Shown here in pieces: positions 10,379 to 21,597 of a DNA stretch of 63,095 bases (position 1 is the stretch's first letter; each line of letters opens with the position of its first letter). This DNA comes from an uncultured Rhodothermales bacterium (GTDB lineage: Bacteria; Bacteroidota; Rhodothermia; Rhodothermales; VXPQ01): positions 1 through 63,095 of the forward strand of contig CAZKNF010000013.1 of NCBI GenBank assembly GCA_964554105.1. The letters run 5' to 3'. A model generated the notes under the pieces. It was not told where the DNA came from and did no database searches. It saw nothing but the letters and a program-made list of their open reading frames with translations. The translations under genes were made by a program, and so were the position numbers.

Positions 10379-11116
10379 ATGTACCGTATACAAGTCGAGG
10401 ACTTCGAAGGCCCTCTTGACCTGCTGCTGTATTTCATCCGTCGTGACGAGCTGGATGTCTTCGATATTCCGATCGCGCAGATCGCGGATGAATACCTCGA
10501 TTACGTGCGCGTGCTCGAGCAAATTGATCTCGACAGCGTGGGGGACTTCCTCTACATGGCCGCCCTGCTGATCAACATCAAGGCGCGTATGCTTCTGCCT
10601 CAACAGGAAGTCGATGCAGAAGGAGACGCGATAGATCCACGGCGCGAGCTCGTCGAAAGATTGCTGGAGTACATTCGATATAAAGAAGCATCGACCAACC
10701 TCACTGAATTGCATGCAGAACGGTCGGAGCGTTTCACTCGGGGCCGTGCTTCGTCCGAGCGTCCCCGTTGGGAAGGCCAGGTGAACGTACCATACGACAC
10801 CAACGTCTTCGACCTTATTTCTGCGCTTCGACGCATTCTAACCGAAGCTTCCGAGGAACCCGTGCACGCCGTCGCCCGCGAAGAGTATACGATCGAGCAG
10901 CAGCGGCAATTTCTGCTCGACCTCCTCGATAAACAGCGGAAGATCACGTTTTCCGCGGCTGTGACAGGTCGTACGAAGCCCTTCATCATCGCAACCTTTC
11001 TCAGTATCCTCGAGCTCGCACGGCAGCAGCGCGTGTGGATCTCTGTGTCGGAAGCGGAGCCGCTCGATTTTTCGGTGGAAGCTAGAGAACCCGAGCTCGT
11101 TGAAGAATCCGAATAG
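10379..11116 (+). CDS. scpA: Segregation/condensation protein A (kleisin)
   Basis: FEGPLDLLL, FLYMAALLINIKARMLLP, DPRRELVERLLEY, FLSILEL; start set at ATG 10379. Confidence 0.95.
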   Translation: MYRIQVEDFEGPLDLLLYFIRRDELDVFDIPIAQIADEYLDYVRVLEQIDLDSVGDFLYMAALLINIKARMLLPQQEVDAEGDAIDPRRELVERLLEYIRYKEASTNLTELHAERSERFTRGRASSERPRWEGQVNVPYDTNVFDLISALRRILTEASEEPVHAVAREEYTIEQQRQFLLDLLDKQRKITFSAAVTGRTKPFIIATFLSILELARQQRVWISVSEAEPLDFSVEAREPELVEESE

Positions 11117-11129
11117 ATCCGACGGAACC

Positions 11130-11768
11130 ATGGCTTCGATCTACGAACTGCTCGAGCGAGGTCTTCAGCGCGTCGTAGAGGCACTCGTCTTCGCAGCCGA
11201 TAAACCGGTCGCACCTGCGGAAATTGCGGAAGTCTATGCGCAGGTCACGGGAGAGGACGAGCCCGCTGAACAACAAATCCGGGAGGCCGTCGAAAGGTTG
11301 AACTCGTTCTATGAGGAGACCGAGAGGTCGTTTAGGATTGAAGTCTGGGCGGAAGGATTTCGGATGGCTACGGTTTCTTCTGTGGCGCCATTTTTAAAGT
11401 CTTACTTCAATCGCGAGCAAGAACAGCGGCTCTCCCGTTCACTTCTGGAGACGCTCTCAATTATTGCATACAAACAACCGGTGACTAAGCCGGAAGTGGA
11501 TTTCGTTCGCGGTGTGGATTCCGGTTACGCCGTCAACAAGCTGTTGGAGAAAGGCATGGTGGACGTGGTCGGACGCAGCGTCTCACTCGGTCGTCCACTT
11601 CTCTATGGCACTACGCACTTTTTTCTCGAGCAGTTCGGGCTGAGCACCACGGAGGATCTGCCGGATCTTCGGGAAATCGAAGAAATTCTCGACGATCCAG
11701 CATTTAACAGGGAGCGGGCGCAGCTCCTGCGCCTTGAGGAAGAGAATCGACCGGACGAGTCCCCGTGA
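11130..11768 (+). CDS. scpB: SMC-Scp complex subunit ScpB
   Basis: VEALVFAA, LETLSIIAYKQPVT, RGVDS, GRPLLYGTT..FL..FGL..DLP. Confidence 0.96.
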   Translation: MASIYELLERGLQRVVEALVFAADKPVAPAEIAEVYAQVTGEDEPAEQQIREAVERLNSFYEETERSFRIEVWAEGFRMATVSSVAPFLKSYFNREQEQRLSRSLLETLSIIAYKQPVTKPEVDFVRGVDSGYAVNKLLEKGMVDVVGRSVSLGRPLLYGTTHFFLEQFGLSTTEDLPDLREIEEILDDPAFNRERAQLLRLEEENRPDESP

Positions 11769-11965
11769 CACTTGCCTTGAAAGTATTGTATGTCGGTGCA
11801 TCCGTGCTTGCACTCATCGCGCTTGTGCTCGGATTCTACGACTATACTGTGGCTCCAGATGACCAGCGAAATCTGCTGTTTGATATCGTGCTTCCGCTCG
11901 GAATGTTGATCGTCATTGTCGTTCTCTACCGGCGTCGCAAGGGCGAACTTGAAGGGAGTGGATAG
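11765..11965 (+). CDS. Small two-TM membrane protein, unknown function
   Basis: GTGA overlap with the scpB stop; two hydrophobic helices and a basic C-terminus (YRRRK). Confidence 0.65.
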   Translation: MTLALKVLYVGASVLALIALVLGFYDYTVAPDDQRNLLFDIVLPLGMLIVIVVLYRRRKGELEGSG

Positions 11966-12107
11966 ACCGAAGAACGGGAGGGTATATTTCTCGGCGTCAG
12001 AACACGATTGCGCCTGGAACGTTCATTCCACACATTTTCATAGACGGAATACAGGGTCGCAGATTTTATCGAATGCGATTCTGGCCGTTCTTTCATTTGC
12101 GTTTCCG

Positions 12108-12959
12108 ATGCCGCGAAACAACACATCATCAGGTCGCCGAAATTCTTCCTCCAGGAGAGAGGATGACAAGACAGGCGGGGATGCACGTCGGTTGGATAGA
12201 GCGACCGGCGGGGCTGATTCAGGCGCACGAGCCGAGTCAATGCGTTTGAATAAGTATATCGCGCGCGCCGGTGTGTGCTCTCGTCGGAAGGCGGACGAAG
12301 CGATCCAGAAGGGCAGGGTCAAAGTCAATGGGACCATAGTAACGGAACTCGGATCGCGAGTTCAAGAATCGGATGAAGTGGAGGTAAATGGTCGAACGAT
12401 CTCACCTCGTCGTCACGAATACATTCTGCTCAATAAGCCGAAAAACACGATTACGACGACGGATGACCCCCACGACCGGGAAACGGTAATGGAGTTGATC
12501 GCGCTGACGGAAAGGGAGAAGCGGGGTCTGTATCCTGTGGGCCGCCTCGATCGCGATACGACCGGCGTGCTGCTCGTCACAAATGATGGTGATCTTGCCC
12601 ATCGGTTGATGCATCCGAGTTTCGAGATCGAGAAGCTCTATCGTGTGCGTACGAAGGACCCCGTCAAGCCCCACGAACTCGACCGTCTCCGAAAGGGTGT
12701 CAGGCTCGACGATGGGGAAGCCAGAGCGGACAGGGCGGCCTATCTGGCCATTCCAGATCATCGTGATGTTGGTTTGAGCATCCATGAAGGGCGAAATCGA
12801 CAGATTCGCCGCATGTTCGAGGAGCTCGGTCACGAGGTCGTGTCGTTAGACCGCGTCAGGTATGCGGGGCTTACCGCTGAAGACGTCCGGCCGGGAAAGT
12901 GGCGCCGTCTTGCCGAACACGAAGTGCGGCAGCTGCGTCGACAGGTAAAACTGACGTGA
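12108..12959 (+). CDS. rRNA pseudouridine synthase, RluB/RsuA family
   Basis: S4 domain RLNKYIARAGVCSRR, LLNKP, GRLDRDTTG, EGRNRQIRRM; follows scpAB. Start uncertain. Confidence 0.93.
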   Translation: MPRNNTSSGRRNSSSRREDDKTGGDARRLDRATGGADSGARAESMRLNKYIARAGVCSRRKADEAIQKGRVKVNGTIVTELGSRVQESDEVEVNGRTISPRRHEYILLNKPKNTITTTDDPHDRETVMELIALTEREKRGLYPVGRLDRDTTGVLLVTNDGDLAHRLMHPSFEIEKLYRVRTKDPVKPHELDRLRKGVRLDDGEARADRAAYLAIPDHRDVGLSIHEGRNRQIRRMFEELGHEVVSLDRVRYAGLTAEDVRPGKWRRLAEHEVRQLRRQVKLT

Positions 12960-13018
12960 ATCCAGAGGAGCCTGCCGCGACGATAGTTTGATACCGCATT
13001 TACGTAGGCGTCTGGTAG

Positions 13019-14545
<1,527 letters not shown>

Positions 14546-14654
14546 GGAGCATCCAGAAGAAATCTTCGGGTGCCGCGCGGCATATGCAAGCCGCCGCATC
14601 TTCATGGCCCGTCATCCGTAGAGCGTTGTCTCAGGCTTTAATGGATGGAATAAA

Positions 14655-15020
14655 ATGGCCATGAATCTCACCAGACGAATTGACCTCGTCGGCTACCTTC
14701 ACATCGCCTACGGCTCTGTCTTGCTCGTACTCGGGCTCTTCATTTTGATCGCGGCTACAGTAGGGACCTTCCTATTTCCTCTCATCGCCACGTGGGCGGT
14801 TGCGGCTGGAGCAAATGTCACAGCCGCGCTCATCCTTTGGGCAATCGGCCTGCCATCGATAGTCGCGGGCATCGGTGTTATACGTCGCTTCTCATGGGCA
14901 CGCGTCCTGATCATCGTCCTGAGTGTTGTCGATCTGTTCAGCGTGCCCCTTGGAACCGCACTCGGCGCCTTCTCTTTGTGGACGTTGCTCAAGAACGCCG
15001 CCAGCTACGAATTTAGCTAG
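14655..15020 (+). CDS. Small multi-pass membrane protein, unknown function
   Basis: 3-4 hydrophobic segments; pattern W-AR...PLGTALG..LW.L. Confidence 0.75.
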   Translation: MAMNLTRRIDLVGYLHIAYGSVLLVLGLFILIAATVGTFLFPLIATWAVAAGANVTAALILWAIGLPSIVAGIGVIRRFSWARVLIIVLSVVDLFSVPLGTALGAFSLWTLLKNAASYEFS

Positions 15021-15077
15021 GTGTGAAACTCGGGCGGGGAAGCTCCCTGATATTTCGTGGAAGCCTGCAAGACCGGT

Positions 15078-16145
15078 ATGAAGCGCCACATGCACCTCGC
15101 GCGCAAGTATCTCGAGCGCCTTGATGTCGATGCAATCCTTCTTACGTCCCTCGCTGACGTGCGATGGACCGCCAATTTCACGGGATCGAATGGGCTCTTG
15201 TTTGTCTTTCAAGACGATGCGGTTCTTGTCACCGACGGCCGTTATAGAACGCAGGCGGCGTCTGAGGTCTTCGACGCAAAGGTCGTGATCGGAGGCCACG
15301 ATCTAATCGGTCATGCCGCAGACGTTGATCTCCTGTCTAGCTGCCGCCGCGTGGCGTTCCAGTCCGATGCCGTTACGGTCGCGAAATACGAGGCTCTTGT
15401 CGAGCGCTTCGATGGAATCGAATGGGTCGATGCGGAGGAGCTCTTGGTGACCGACGTTGCCTCGAAAGCAGACGAGGAAGTGGAGCGCATGCGCGAAGCC
15501 CAGCGACTCACGGATACAGTCTTTGAAGCGATGCTGCCGGCGATTCGGCCGGGCATGACGGAAATCGAGGTCGCCGCCGAGATTGTCTATCGACACCTCA
15601 AGCACGGAGCGGAGAGAATGGCGTTCGAGCCGATCGTCGCGAGCGGCCCGAACTCGGCGCTTCCGCATGCTCAGCCAACGGCGAGAATCCTGCAGCACGG
15701 CGACGTACTTCTGCTGGATTTCGGGTGCTTTCTCGACGGTTATGCCTCAGACATGACGCGCACCATCGCTCTCGGTGAGCCCGGTTCCGAGGTCCGAGAA
15801 GTATACGAAGTAGTCCTCGCCGCTCAGCGGAGCGCACTGAACGCGGCACGTTCCCGCATACGCTCTTCCGATCTCGATGCTGCAGCTCGCGACGTGATCG
15901 CCGAGGCCGGTTACGAACTGCAGTTCCCGCACAGCCTCGGCCACGGTGTAGGCCTCCAGGTGCATGAATGGCCGCGCATCTCCCATACCGCAGAATACCT
16001 GCTGCCTGACGGCTGTGTCATAACAATCGAGCCGGGAATTTATCTACCGGATCGGTTTGGAGTGCGGATTGAAGACATGGTTAGATTACTGCCGAACGAG
16101 TGCGAGAATCTGACGAACGCCCCGAAGGAGTTGATTGTGCTTTAG
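15078..16145 (+). CDS. M24B Xaa-Pro aminopeptidase/dipeptidase
   Basis: Creatinase-like N-domain (FTGSNG, DGRY); ALPH, DFG...SDMTRT, HSLGHGVGL.VHE, TIEPGIY, GVRIED. Confidence 0.95.
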   Translation: MKRHMHLARKYLERLDVDAILLTSLADVRWTANFTGSNGLLFVFQDDAVLVTDGRYRTQAASEVFDAKVVIGGHDLIGHAADVDLLSSCRRVAFQSDAVTVAKYEALVERFDGIEWVDAEELLVTDVASKADEEVERMREAQRLTDTVFEAMLPAIRPGMTEIEVAAEIVYRHLKHGAERMAFEPIVASGPNSALPHAQPTARILQHGDVLLLDFGCFLDGYASDMTRTIALGEPGSEVREVYEVVLAAQRSALNAARSRIRSSDLDAAARDVIAEAGYELQFPHSLGHGVGLQVHEWPRISHTAEYLLPDGCVITIEPGIYLPDRFGVRIEDMVRLLPNECENLTNAPKELIVL

Positions 16146-16269
16146 GCGCGCGCTGTCGAACCCCACTATCTACGCTCGAGAAATAACAAGCGTGTTGCTG
16201 TCGTACATCCTATGCCGCGGTAAGATGATGGTCCAGGCGAATTAGAACGCAATCTCGAGGGTTCTGCAG

Positions 16270-16464
16270 ATGGCTGAGCGCACGAACGGAAGCGGCAGCA
16301 ATACTACGATTGTCGTGGTCGTTGTACTTCTACTGATTGCTGTCGTTGTCTTCCTGTTTTTTTTCCGCCCTGCGGACATCCCGCAGACCGAGGACGATGG
16401 ACCTGATATTGAGCTCGAGGTCACCCCACCGGACGAGGGGAGTGCCGATTTGGATACGCTATAG
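16270..16464 (+). CDS. Small single-TM protein with acidic tail
   Basis: GAGG upstream of ATG; one strongly hydrophobic helix followed by a D/E-rich segment. Confidence 0.65.
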   Translation: MAERTNGSGSNTTIVVVVVLLLIAVVVFLFFFRPADIPQTEDDGPDIELEVTPPDEGSADLDTL

Positions 16465-16471
16465 GGCGGCG

Positions 16472-17386
16472 GTGTCAGATCCCCGTCACATCGCATCACG
16501 CCTGAGATGGATGATATGTGCTCTCTGCATCGCCATCCCTATGGCGGATTCAGCGGCTGACGACACACTTCCCTCGCTGCACGAGCATCACGTCGAATTC
16601 GTTACGGACTCACCCGAGATTCGCGTCACTCCAGCCGAAGATGACTCGAGCCGCATGCGGCTTTTTAGATGGATGATCGAGGATCTCGGCGGACTCGGCC
16701 GGGCGGTGGCTACGCCAAAGGTGGCACTATATTCTGCCGGCACGGTCGGAGGTACGTTGGCGTTCGCCTGGTCGGACGATGACCTCACGGCGCAGACGCG
16801 CGAGATATACACTGGTGAATTTCGAAATGTCCTAGAGGTGCTGGACTATATGGGCGGTCCGAAGATCAACCTTCCGGTCGTGGCACTGGCAGGGGCGTCG
16901 ATGTTCACCGGCAACATCAAGTTTCAAGATGCCGCGTTCACATCTCTGCAGACGCTCGTGTATGCCGGCGTGCTTGGGTATCTGTTGAAGGGAGTATTCG
17001 GACGAGCCCGTCCTGAGTGGACAATGCCGTACGAACCCTACGCCTTTTTCGACCGGACTGGCAAGAATCCGCTCTCCCACGAGGGTAACAGCTCATATCC
17101 GTCCGGACACGCCATCGCGTCATTCGGCATCATAACTCCATGGGTACTTTATTATCCAAGTCCGTTCACCTATGCATTGTACATCATTCCGACGGGCACG
17201 GCGATTTCAAGGGTCGCGCTCAACAAACACTGGCCGACCGATCTCGCGGTTGGTGGTCTCATCGGCGTCGCAATGGGCCGCTGGCTTGTGAACCGTCACA
17301 GGCGCGTGGAAGCTGACGAAACGCGGCTCGGCTTTCGTATGATGGAGGACGGAAAGGTTTTCTCACTTTGCATTCGTTTGAATTGA
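16472..17386 (+). CDS. PAP2 family phosphatase
   Basis: K..FGRARP, SYPSGH and SR...HWPTD motifs. Start uncertain (GTG 16472 or ATG 16511). Confidence 0.9.
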   Translation: MSDPRHIASRLRWMICALCIAIPMADSAADDTLPSLHEHHVEFVTDSPEIRVTPAEDDSSRMRLFRWMIEDLGGLGRAVATPKVALYSAGTVGGTLAFAWSDDDLTAQTREIYTGEFRNVLEVLDYMGGPKINLPVVALAGASMFTGNIKFQDAAFTSLQTLVYAGVLGYLLKGVFGRARPEWTMPYEPYAFFDRTGKNPLSHEGNSSYPSGHAIASFGIITPWVLYYPSPFTYALYIIPTGTAISRVALNKHWPTDLAVGGLIGVAMGRWLVNRHRRVEADETRLGFRMMEDGKVFSLCIRLN

Positions 17387-17405
17387 GGGCCGGCGACGGC
17401 GCTAC

Positions 17406-18920
17406 ATGGCCAGTTTTCCGGAATATGAGAGCTATGACGCGGTCGGACTTGCGCAACTTGTGCGCAACGGATACATCTCTTCCGGGGAAGTGCTAGAGTC
17501 GGCGATCGAACGCATCGAAGAGCGTAATCCGGTGCTGAACGCCGTTATCCACAAAATGTATGATCAGGCAAGGCTGCAGATCGATCGGGGCCTTCCTGAA
17601 GGTGCATTCAGAGGCGTCCCGTTCCTTCTGAAAGACCTCACCGCAGCTCTGGAGGGCGAACCTCTTCGAGCAGGCTCTCGATTCATGGAAGGCTTTGTTT
17701 CCACACAGACTTCGACACTGGTGAAGCGATACTTGAGAGCCGGTCTCGTCGTAATCGGGAAAACCAACACCCCCGAGTTTGGCATAACGCCCTTTACCGA
17801 ACCTGCAGCGTTCGGGCCAACGGGAAATCCATGGGACATCGCCCGGACTCCCGGAGGATCGAGCGGTGGATCGGCCGCAGCGGTTGCTGCCGGGATGGTC
17901 CCGGCGGCTCATGGAGGGGATGGCGGAGGATCGATTCGCATTCCTGCGTCGTGCTGCGGCCTGTTCGGATTCAAGCCAACGCGGGCGCGAACTCCCTCGG
18001 GTCCGGAAACCGGCTATCAATGGCACGGCTGCGTCGTCGAGCACGTGCTTACACGGTCGGTCAGAGATAGCGCATGCTTGCTCGACGTCACGGAGGGACC
18101 CGACGTCGGTGCCCCGTATTTTCCGCCTCCTCCGAAGAGAAGCTTCCGTTCCGAAGTTGACCGCGACCCGGCAACCCTGCGGATCGCTTTCACGGCGCAT
18201 CCATTCATGGGGTCGACGGTTCATGTGGATTGTAGGAAAGCTGTCGAAGATGCCGTTGACCTCCTGGAGGACCTCGGGCACGACGTGGAAGAAACCAGGC
18301 CACCGATCGACGGAGAGCGATTGGCAGAGGCGTTCCTCACAATGATATGTTCAGAGGTGTGGACGGAAGTCCTGGAGGCCGCGGAAGGAAGTGGCCGCTC
18401 GCCCAACCAAAAGTACTTCGAACCCGGCACGTGGCTTCTTGCACTTATCGGCCGGACACTTCCAGCACAGGAGTTGAGTCGCGCCCTTCGAGACATGCAT
18501 GATCAGGCACGAATCGTAGGCACGTTCTTTCAAGATTACGACATTCTGCTTACACCGACTCTTGCATCGCCGCCATTCGAAACGGGCGCCCTGCAACCGT
18601 CCGCGCTCGAAGCGCTTGCGGTACGAGTGACGGGCCGCGCGCATGCGGGACGCCTCCTCAGGCTGCTCGATGTCCTCGGCACAGTTTCTGGTCGGGTTTT
18701 CGACTTCACCCCGTATACTCCGGTATTCAATGTCACGGGGCAGCCGGCCATGTCGGTGCCGTTGTACTGGAACGATGCAGACCTTCCAATCGGTGTACAG
18801 CTTGTCGGTCGATACGCCGAGGAATCACAGCTATTTCGTCTCGCCAGTCAGCTCGAGCGGGCGCGTCCATGGTTTCATCGAGTTCCTCACCATCGGCTGA
18901 AGCAAAACGCTGCCGTGTAG
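17406..18920 (+). CDS. Amidase signature family enzyme
   Basis: [34 protein letters not shown] (Lys-cisSer-Ser triad). Confidence 0.96.
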   Translation: MASFPEYESYDAVGLAQLVRNGYISSGEVLESAIERIEERNPVLNAVIHKMYDQARLQIDRGLPEGAFRGVPFLLKDLTAALEGEPLRAGSRFMEGFVSTQTSTLVKRYLRAGLVVIGKTNTPEFGITPFTEPAAFGPTGNPWDIARTPGGSSGGSAAAVAAGMVPAAHGGDGGGSIRIPASCCGLFGFKPTRARTPSGPETGYQWHGCVVEHVLTRSVRDSACLLDVTEGPDVGAPYFPPPPKRSFRSEVDRDPATLRIAFTAHPFMGSTVHVDCRKAVEDAVDLLEDLGHDVEETRPPIDGERLAEAFLTMICSEVWTEVLEAAEGSGRSPNQKYFEPGTWLLALIGRTLPAQELSRALRDMHDQARIVGTFFQDYDILLTPTLASPPFETGALQPSALEALAVRVTGRAHAGRLLRLLDVLGTVSGRVFDFTPYTPVFNVTGQPAMSVPLYWNDADLPIGVQLVGRYAEESQLFRLASQLERARPWFHRVPHHRLKQNAAV

Positions 18921-18992
18921 CGTGGGAATCAAAGTTGTTGCGTCGGTGGGAATAATCCACTTTGTCTTACCAGGCTCTTTTAACCACGTGCT

Positions 18993-19487
18993 ATGACACG
19001 CGAGTACATCCGAACGCTCTATGCCTACAATCGGTGGGCAAATCATCGCGTCCTCGAAAGCGTCGGCGATCTCGATAAGGAGGAGTTCACTCGTGATCTC
19101 GAGAGCAGCTTTCGGTCCGTCCGAGACACATTGGCGCACATTCTCATCTCAGAATGGTTGTGGCTCACCCGGTGGCACGGGTCGTCGCCTTCTCACGCGG
19201 ACATGCCGTCCTTTGACGGATTTCCCAACCTGGAGTCGGTTCGTGACAGATGGGGTGACGTAGAAGCGGAGTATGAGTTGTTCATCGATACATTGACAGA
19301 GGTACAGCTGGGGAGCGACGTGTCCTATAAGAATACACGAGGCGAGTCGTTCTCCCATCCTTTGTGGCAGCAAATGTGTCACGTGCCCAATCACTCGAGT
19401 TATCACCGCGGTCAGGTTGCCACAATGCTTCGGCAACTCGGCAAAACGCCGACTAATACAGACTTCATCGTATTCATGCGCACGTAG
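18993..19487 (+). CDS. DinB family protein
   Basis: YNRWAN, S..DTLAH, H..NH..YHRGQ...LRQLG. Confidence 0.92.
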   Translation: MTREYIRTLYAYNRWANHRVLESVGDLDKEEFTRDLESSFRSVRDTLAHILISEWLWLTRWHGSSPSHADMPSFDGFPNLESVRDRWGDVEAEYELFIDTLTEVQLGSDVSYKNTRGESFSHPLWQQMCHVPNHSSYHRGQVATMLRQLGKTPTNTDFIVFMRT

Positions 19488-19566
19488 GGTCGCTCCCGGC
19501 CGGGGGTCTAAATTTTATTGCGTCGGCATTTTTATTTAATCATCAACGAGATAGCTGCACAACCAG

Positions 19567-19959
19567 ATGGCTGAGAACATTCCCATACCACCAGGGATCA
19601 TTGCGTGGTCTGACCTGACCGTCCCAAATGCGGACGAGGTCCGCGACTTCTATGCCCGCGTCGTGGGATGGACGTTTGAACCGGTTGATATGGGTGATTA
19701 CGAGGATTACGCCATGACCACGGCGGACGTAGACCAACCGGTTGCCGGTGTCTGCCACAATCGCGGAGTGAACAAAGACTTACCTCCTCAGTGGATCATC
19801 TACATCACGGTAGAGGATCTTGATGCGAGCATTGCGAGTTGCGAAGAACTAGGCGGCACCGTCCTCGCCGGCCCTAAATCGATGGGCCAGGGGTCGCGAT
19901 ACTGCCTTATCCGGGACCCGGCCGGTGCCGTTGCTGCGCTGTATCAGGTGAAGTCGTAG
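19567..19959 (+). CDS. VOC (glyoxalase-like) family protein
   Basis: W.DL, FY..V.GW, W..YI.VEDLD, IRDPAGA. Confidence 0.9.
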   Translation: MAENIPIPPGIIAWSDLTVPNADEVRDFYARVVGWTFEPVDMGDYEDYAMTTADVDQPVAGVCHNRGVNKDLPPQWIIYITVEDLDASIASCEELGGTVLAGPKSMGQGSRYCLIRDPAGAVAALYQVKS

Positions 19960-19990
19960 TCATGTTTTGTTGCATTCTGCAGTATTAACT

Positions 19991-21571
19991 ATGCGGAACG
20001 TGAATCGTCGCTGCTTATTCGTAACCCTGTATTTTATCGTCGCGGCTTCTTTGGCCGGAGGCATCTGCCCGTCCGCGGCTTTCGCACAGGAGTACGGGAC
20101 CACCGAATTCCATAATTCAGGTGCGGAAGCCGCACAGGAGCCATTTCTTGAGGGTCTGCTGATGCTGCACAGCTTCGAGTACGAGGATGCCCGACATGCA
20201 TTCCAGCAGGCACAGCAAATCGACACCGGATTCGTAATGGCGTACTGGGGTGAGGCCATGACTTACAATCATCCTGTCTGGTTCTCGCAGAACAGGGCCG
20301 CCGCCGTTGCCGCTCTTGAGAAGCTCGGCGCCACCGCCGAGGAACGATTGTCTCTTGCGGAGACGAGTCGCGAAAGGCATTACCTCAGAGCGGCCCATGT
20401 ACTTTTTGGTGAGGGTGACAAAGAAGCTCGTGATGACGCCTACGCGGAGGAGATGGCGAAGCTAGCAGAACAATATCCTGAAGATCTCGACGCGGCGGCA
20501 TTGCATGCGCTCTCGATCCTGGGGACAAGCCACGAAGGCCGCGACTTCGCCACATACATGCAAGCGGCGGCGGTCGCGGAAGAGGTGTTCACCGAGAATC
20601 CGCGACATCCAGGCGCCGCGCATTATCTCATCCACTCGTATGACGATCCCGTACATGCTCCGTTAGGCCTGCGTCCTGCACGGGTTTACGCAGATATAGC
20701 GCCCTCGGCCGCACATGCGCAGCACATGCCTTCGCACATCTTCATCGCACTCGGATTGTGGGATGACGTAGTTCGATCAAACGAGGAGTCCTGGGCCGCG
20801 AGCGAGCAGCGCGTGGCGCAGAACGATCTGGGAGTCGACGCCCGCGGCTTCCATGCATTACTCTGGCTTACGTACGGATATCTACAACAGGGTCGTTACG
20901 ACGATGCAGAGGACCTCTTGCGGATCATGGACGAATCACATCAAGAGGCCGCCAGCGGGCGGACCGCCTATCACCTCGCGTCGATGCGAGCCGCATACCT
21001 CGTAGAAACCGAAGAATGGATGAGCAGGGCCGCCGAGATCAACGTCGACCTGTCCGTGCTGAGCCTGGAGGCGGCCGCGACCGAATTATTCGCCCGCGGC
21101 TTCACCTCAATTGGTCGGGGGGCGACAGACGATGCTGCGGCAGCGCTGGAGGCCATTCGTTCCCTGGATGAGTCCGCGAGCGACGACAACGCAGCCGCGC
21201 GGGCTCGGGCAATGGCGTATCAGCTGGATGCCTTGATCACACACGATCAGGGGAATGCCGAAGGCGCGATCGAACGTATCCGAGCGGCCGTCGAGCTAGA
21301 GGACACGCTTCCGCTCGATTATGGGCCTCCGTCGCCCGTTAAGCCGTCAAACGAATTGTTGGGCGACATGCTCCTGCGAGAGGGGAGAGCGGAAGAAGCC
21401 GCTGAAGCATATCGCCGCGCGCTAGACCTTGCGCCAAGGCGCGCAAAAGCGCTTTCCGGACTTGCGCGTGCCGTCGAATCGCTCGGACGGCACGACGAGG
21501 CGGCCGAGATTTCTGCAGAGCTTGCCGACGTTCGAATGCGCGGCGACGGTCGGTCGGATGCCGGGAACTGA
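19991..21571 (+). CDS. Exported TPR-repeat protein with His-rich core
   Basis: Signal-peptide-like N-terminus (AFA-QE); MAYWGEA, HPGAAHYLIH, HAQHMPSH; TPR-like helical repeats. Confidence 0.8.
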   Translation: MRNVNRRCLFVTLYFIVAASLAGGICPSAAFAQEYGTTEFHNSGAEAAQEPFLEGLLMLHSFEYEDARHAFQQAQQIDTGFVMAYWGEAMTYNHPVWFSQNRAAAVAALEKLGATAEERLSLAETSRERHYLRAAHVLFGEGDKEARDDAYAEEMAKLAEQYPEDLDAAALHALSILGTSHEGRDFATYMQAAAVAEEVFTENPRHPGAAHYLIHSYDDPVHAPLGLRPARVYADIAPSAAHAQHMPSHIFIALGLWDDVVRSNEESWAASEQRVAQNDLGVDARGFHALLWLTYGYLQQGRYDDAEDLLRIMDESHQEAASGRTAYHLASMRAAYLVETEEWMSRAAEINVDLSVLSLEAAATELFARGFTSIGRGATDDAAAALEAIRSLDESASDDNAAARARAMAYQLDALITHDQGNAEGAIERIRAAVELEDTLPLDYGPPSPVKPSNELLGDMLLREGRAEEAAEAYRRALDLAPRRAKALSGLARAVESLGRHDEAAEISAELADVRMRGDGRSDAGN

Positions 21572-21597
21572 CCAGGGCGAGGTACTACAGCTTTTAT

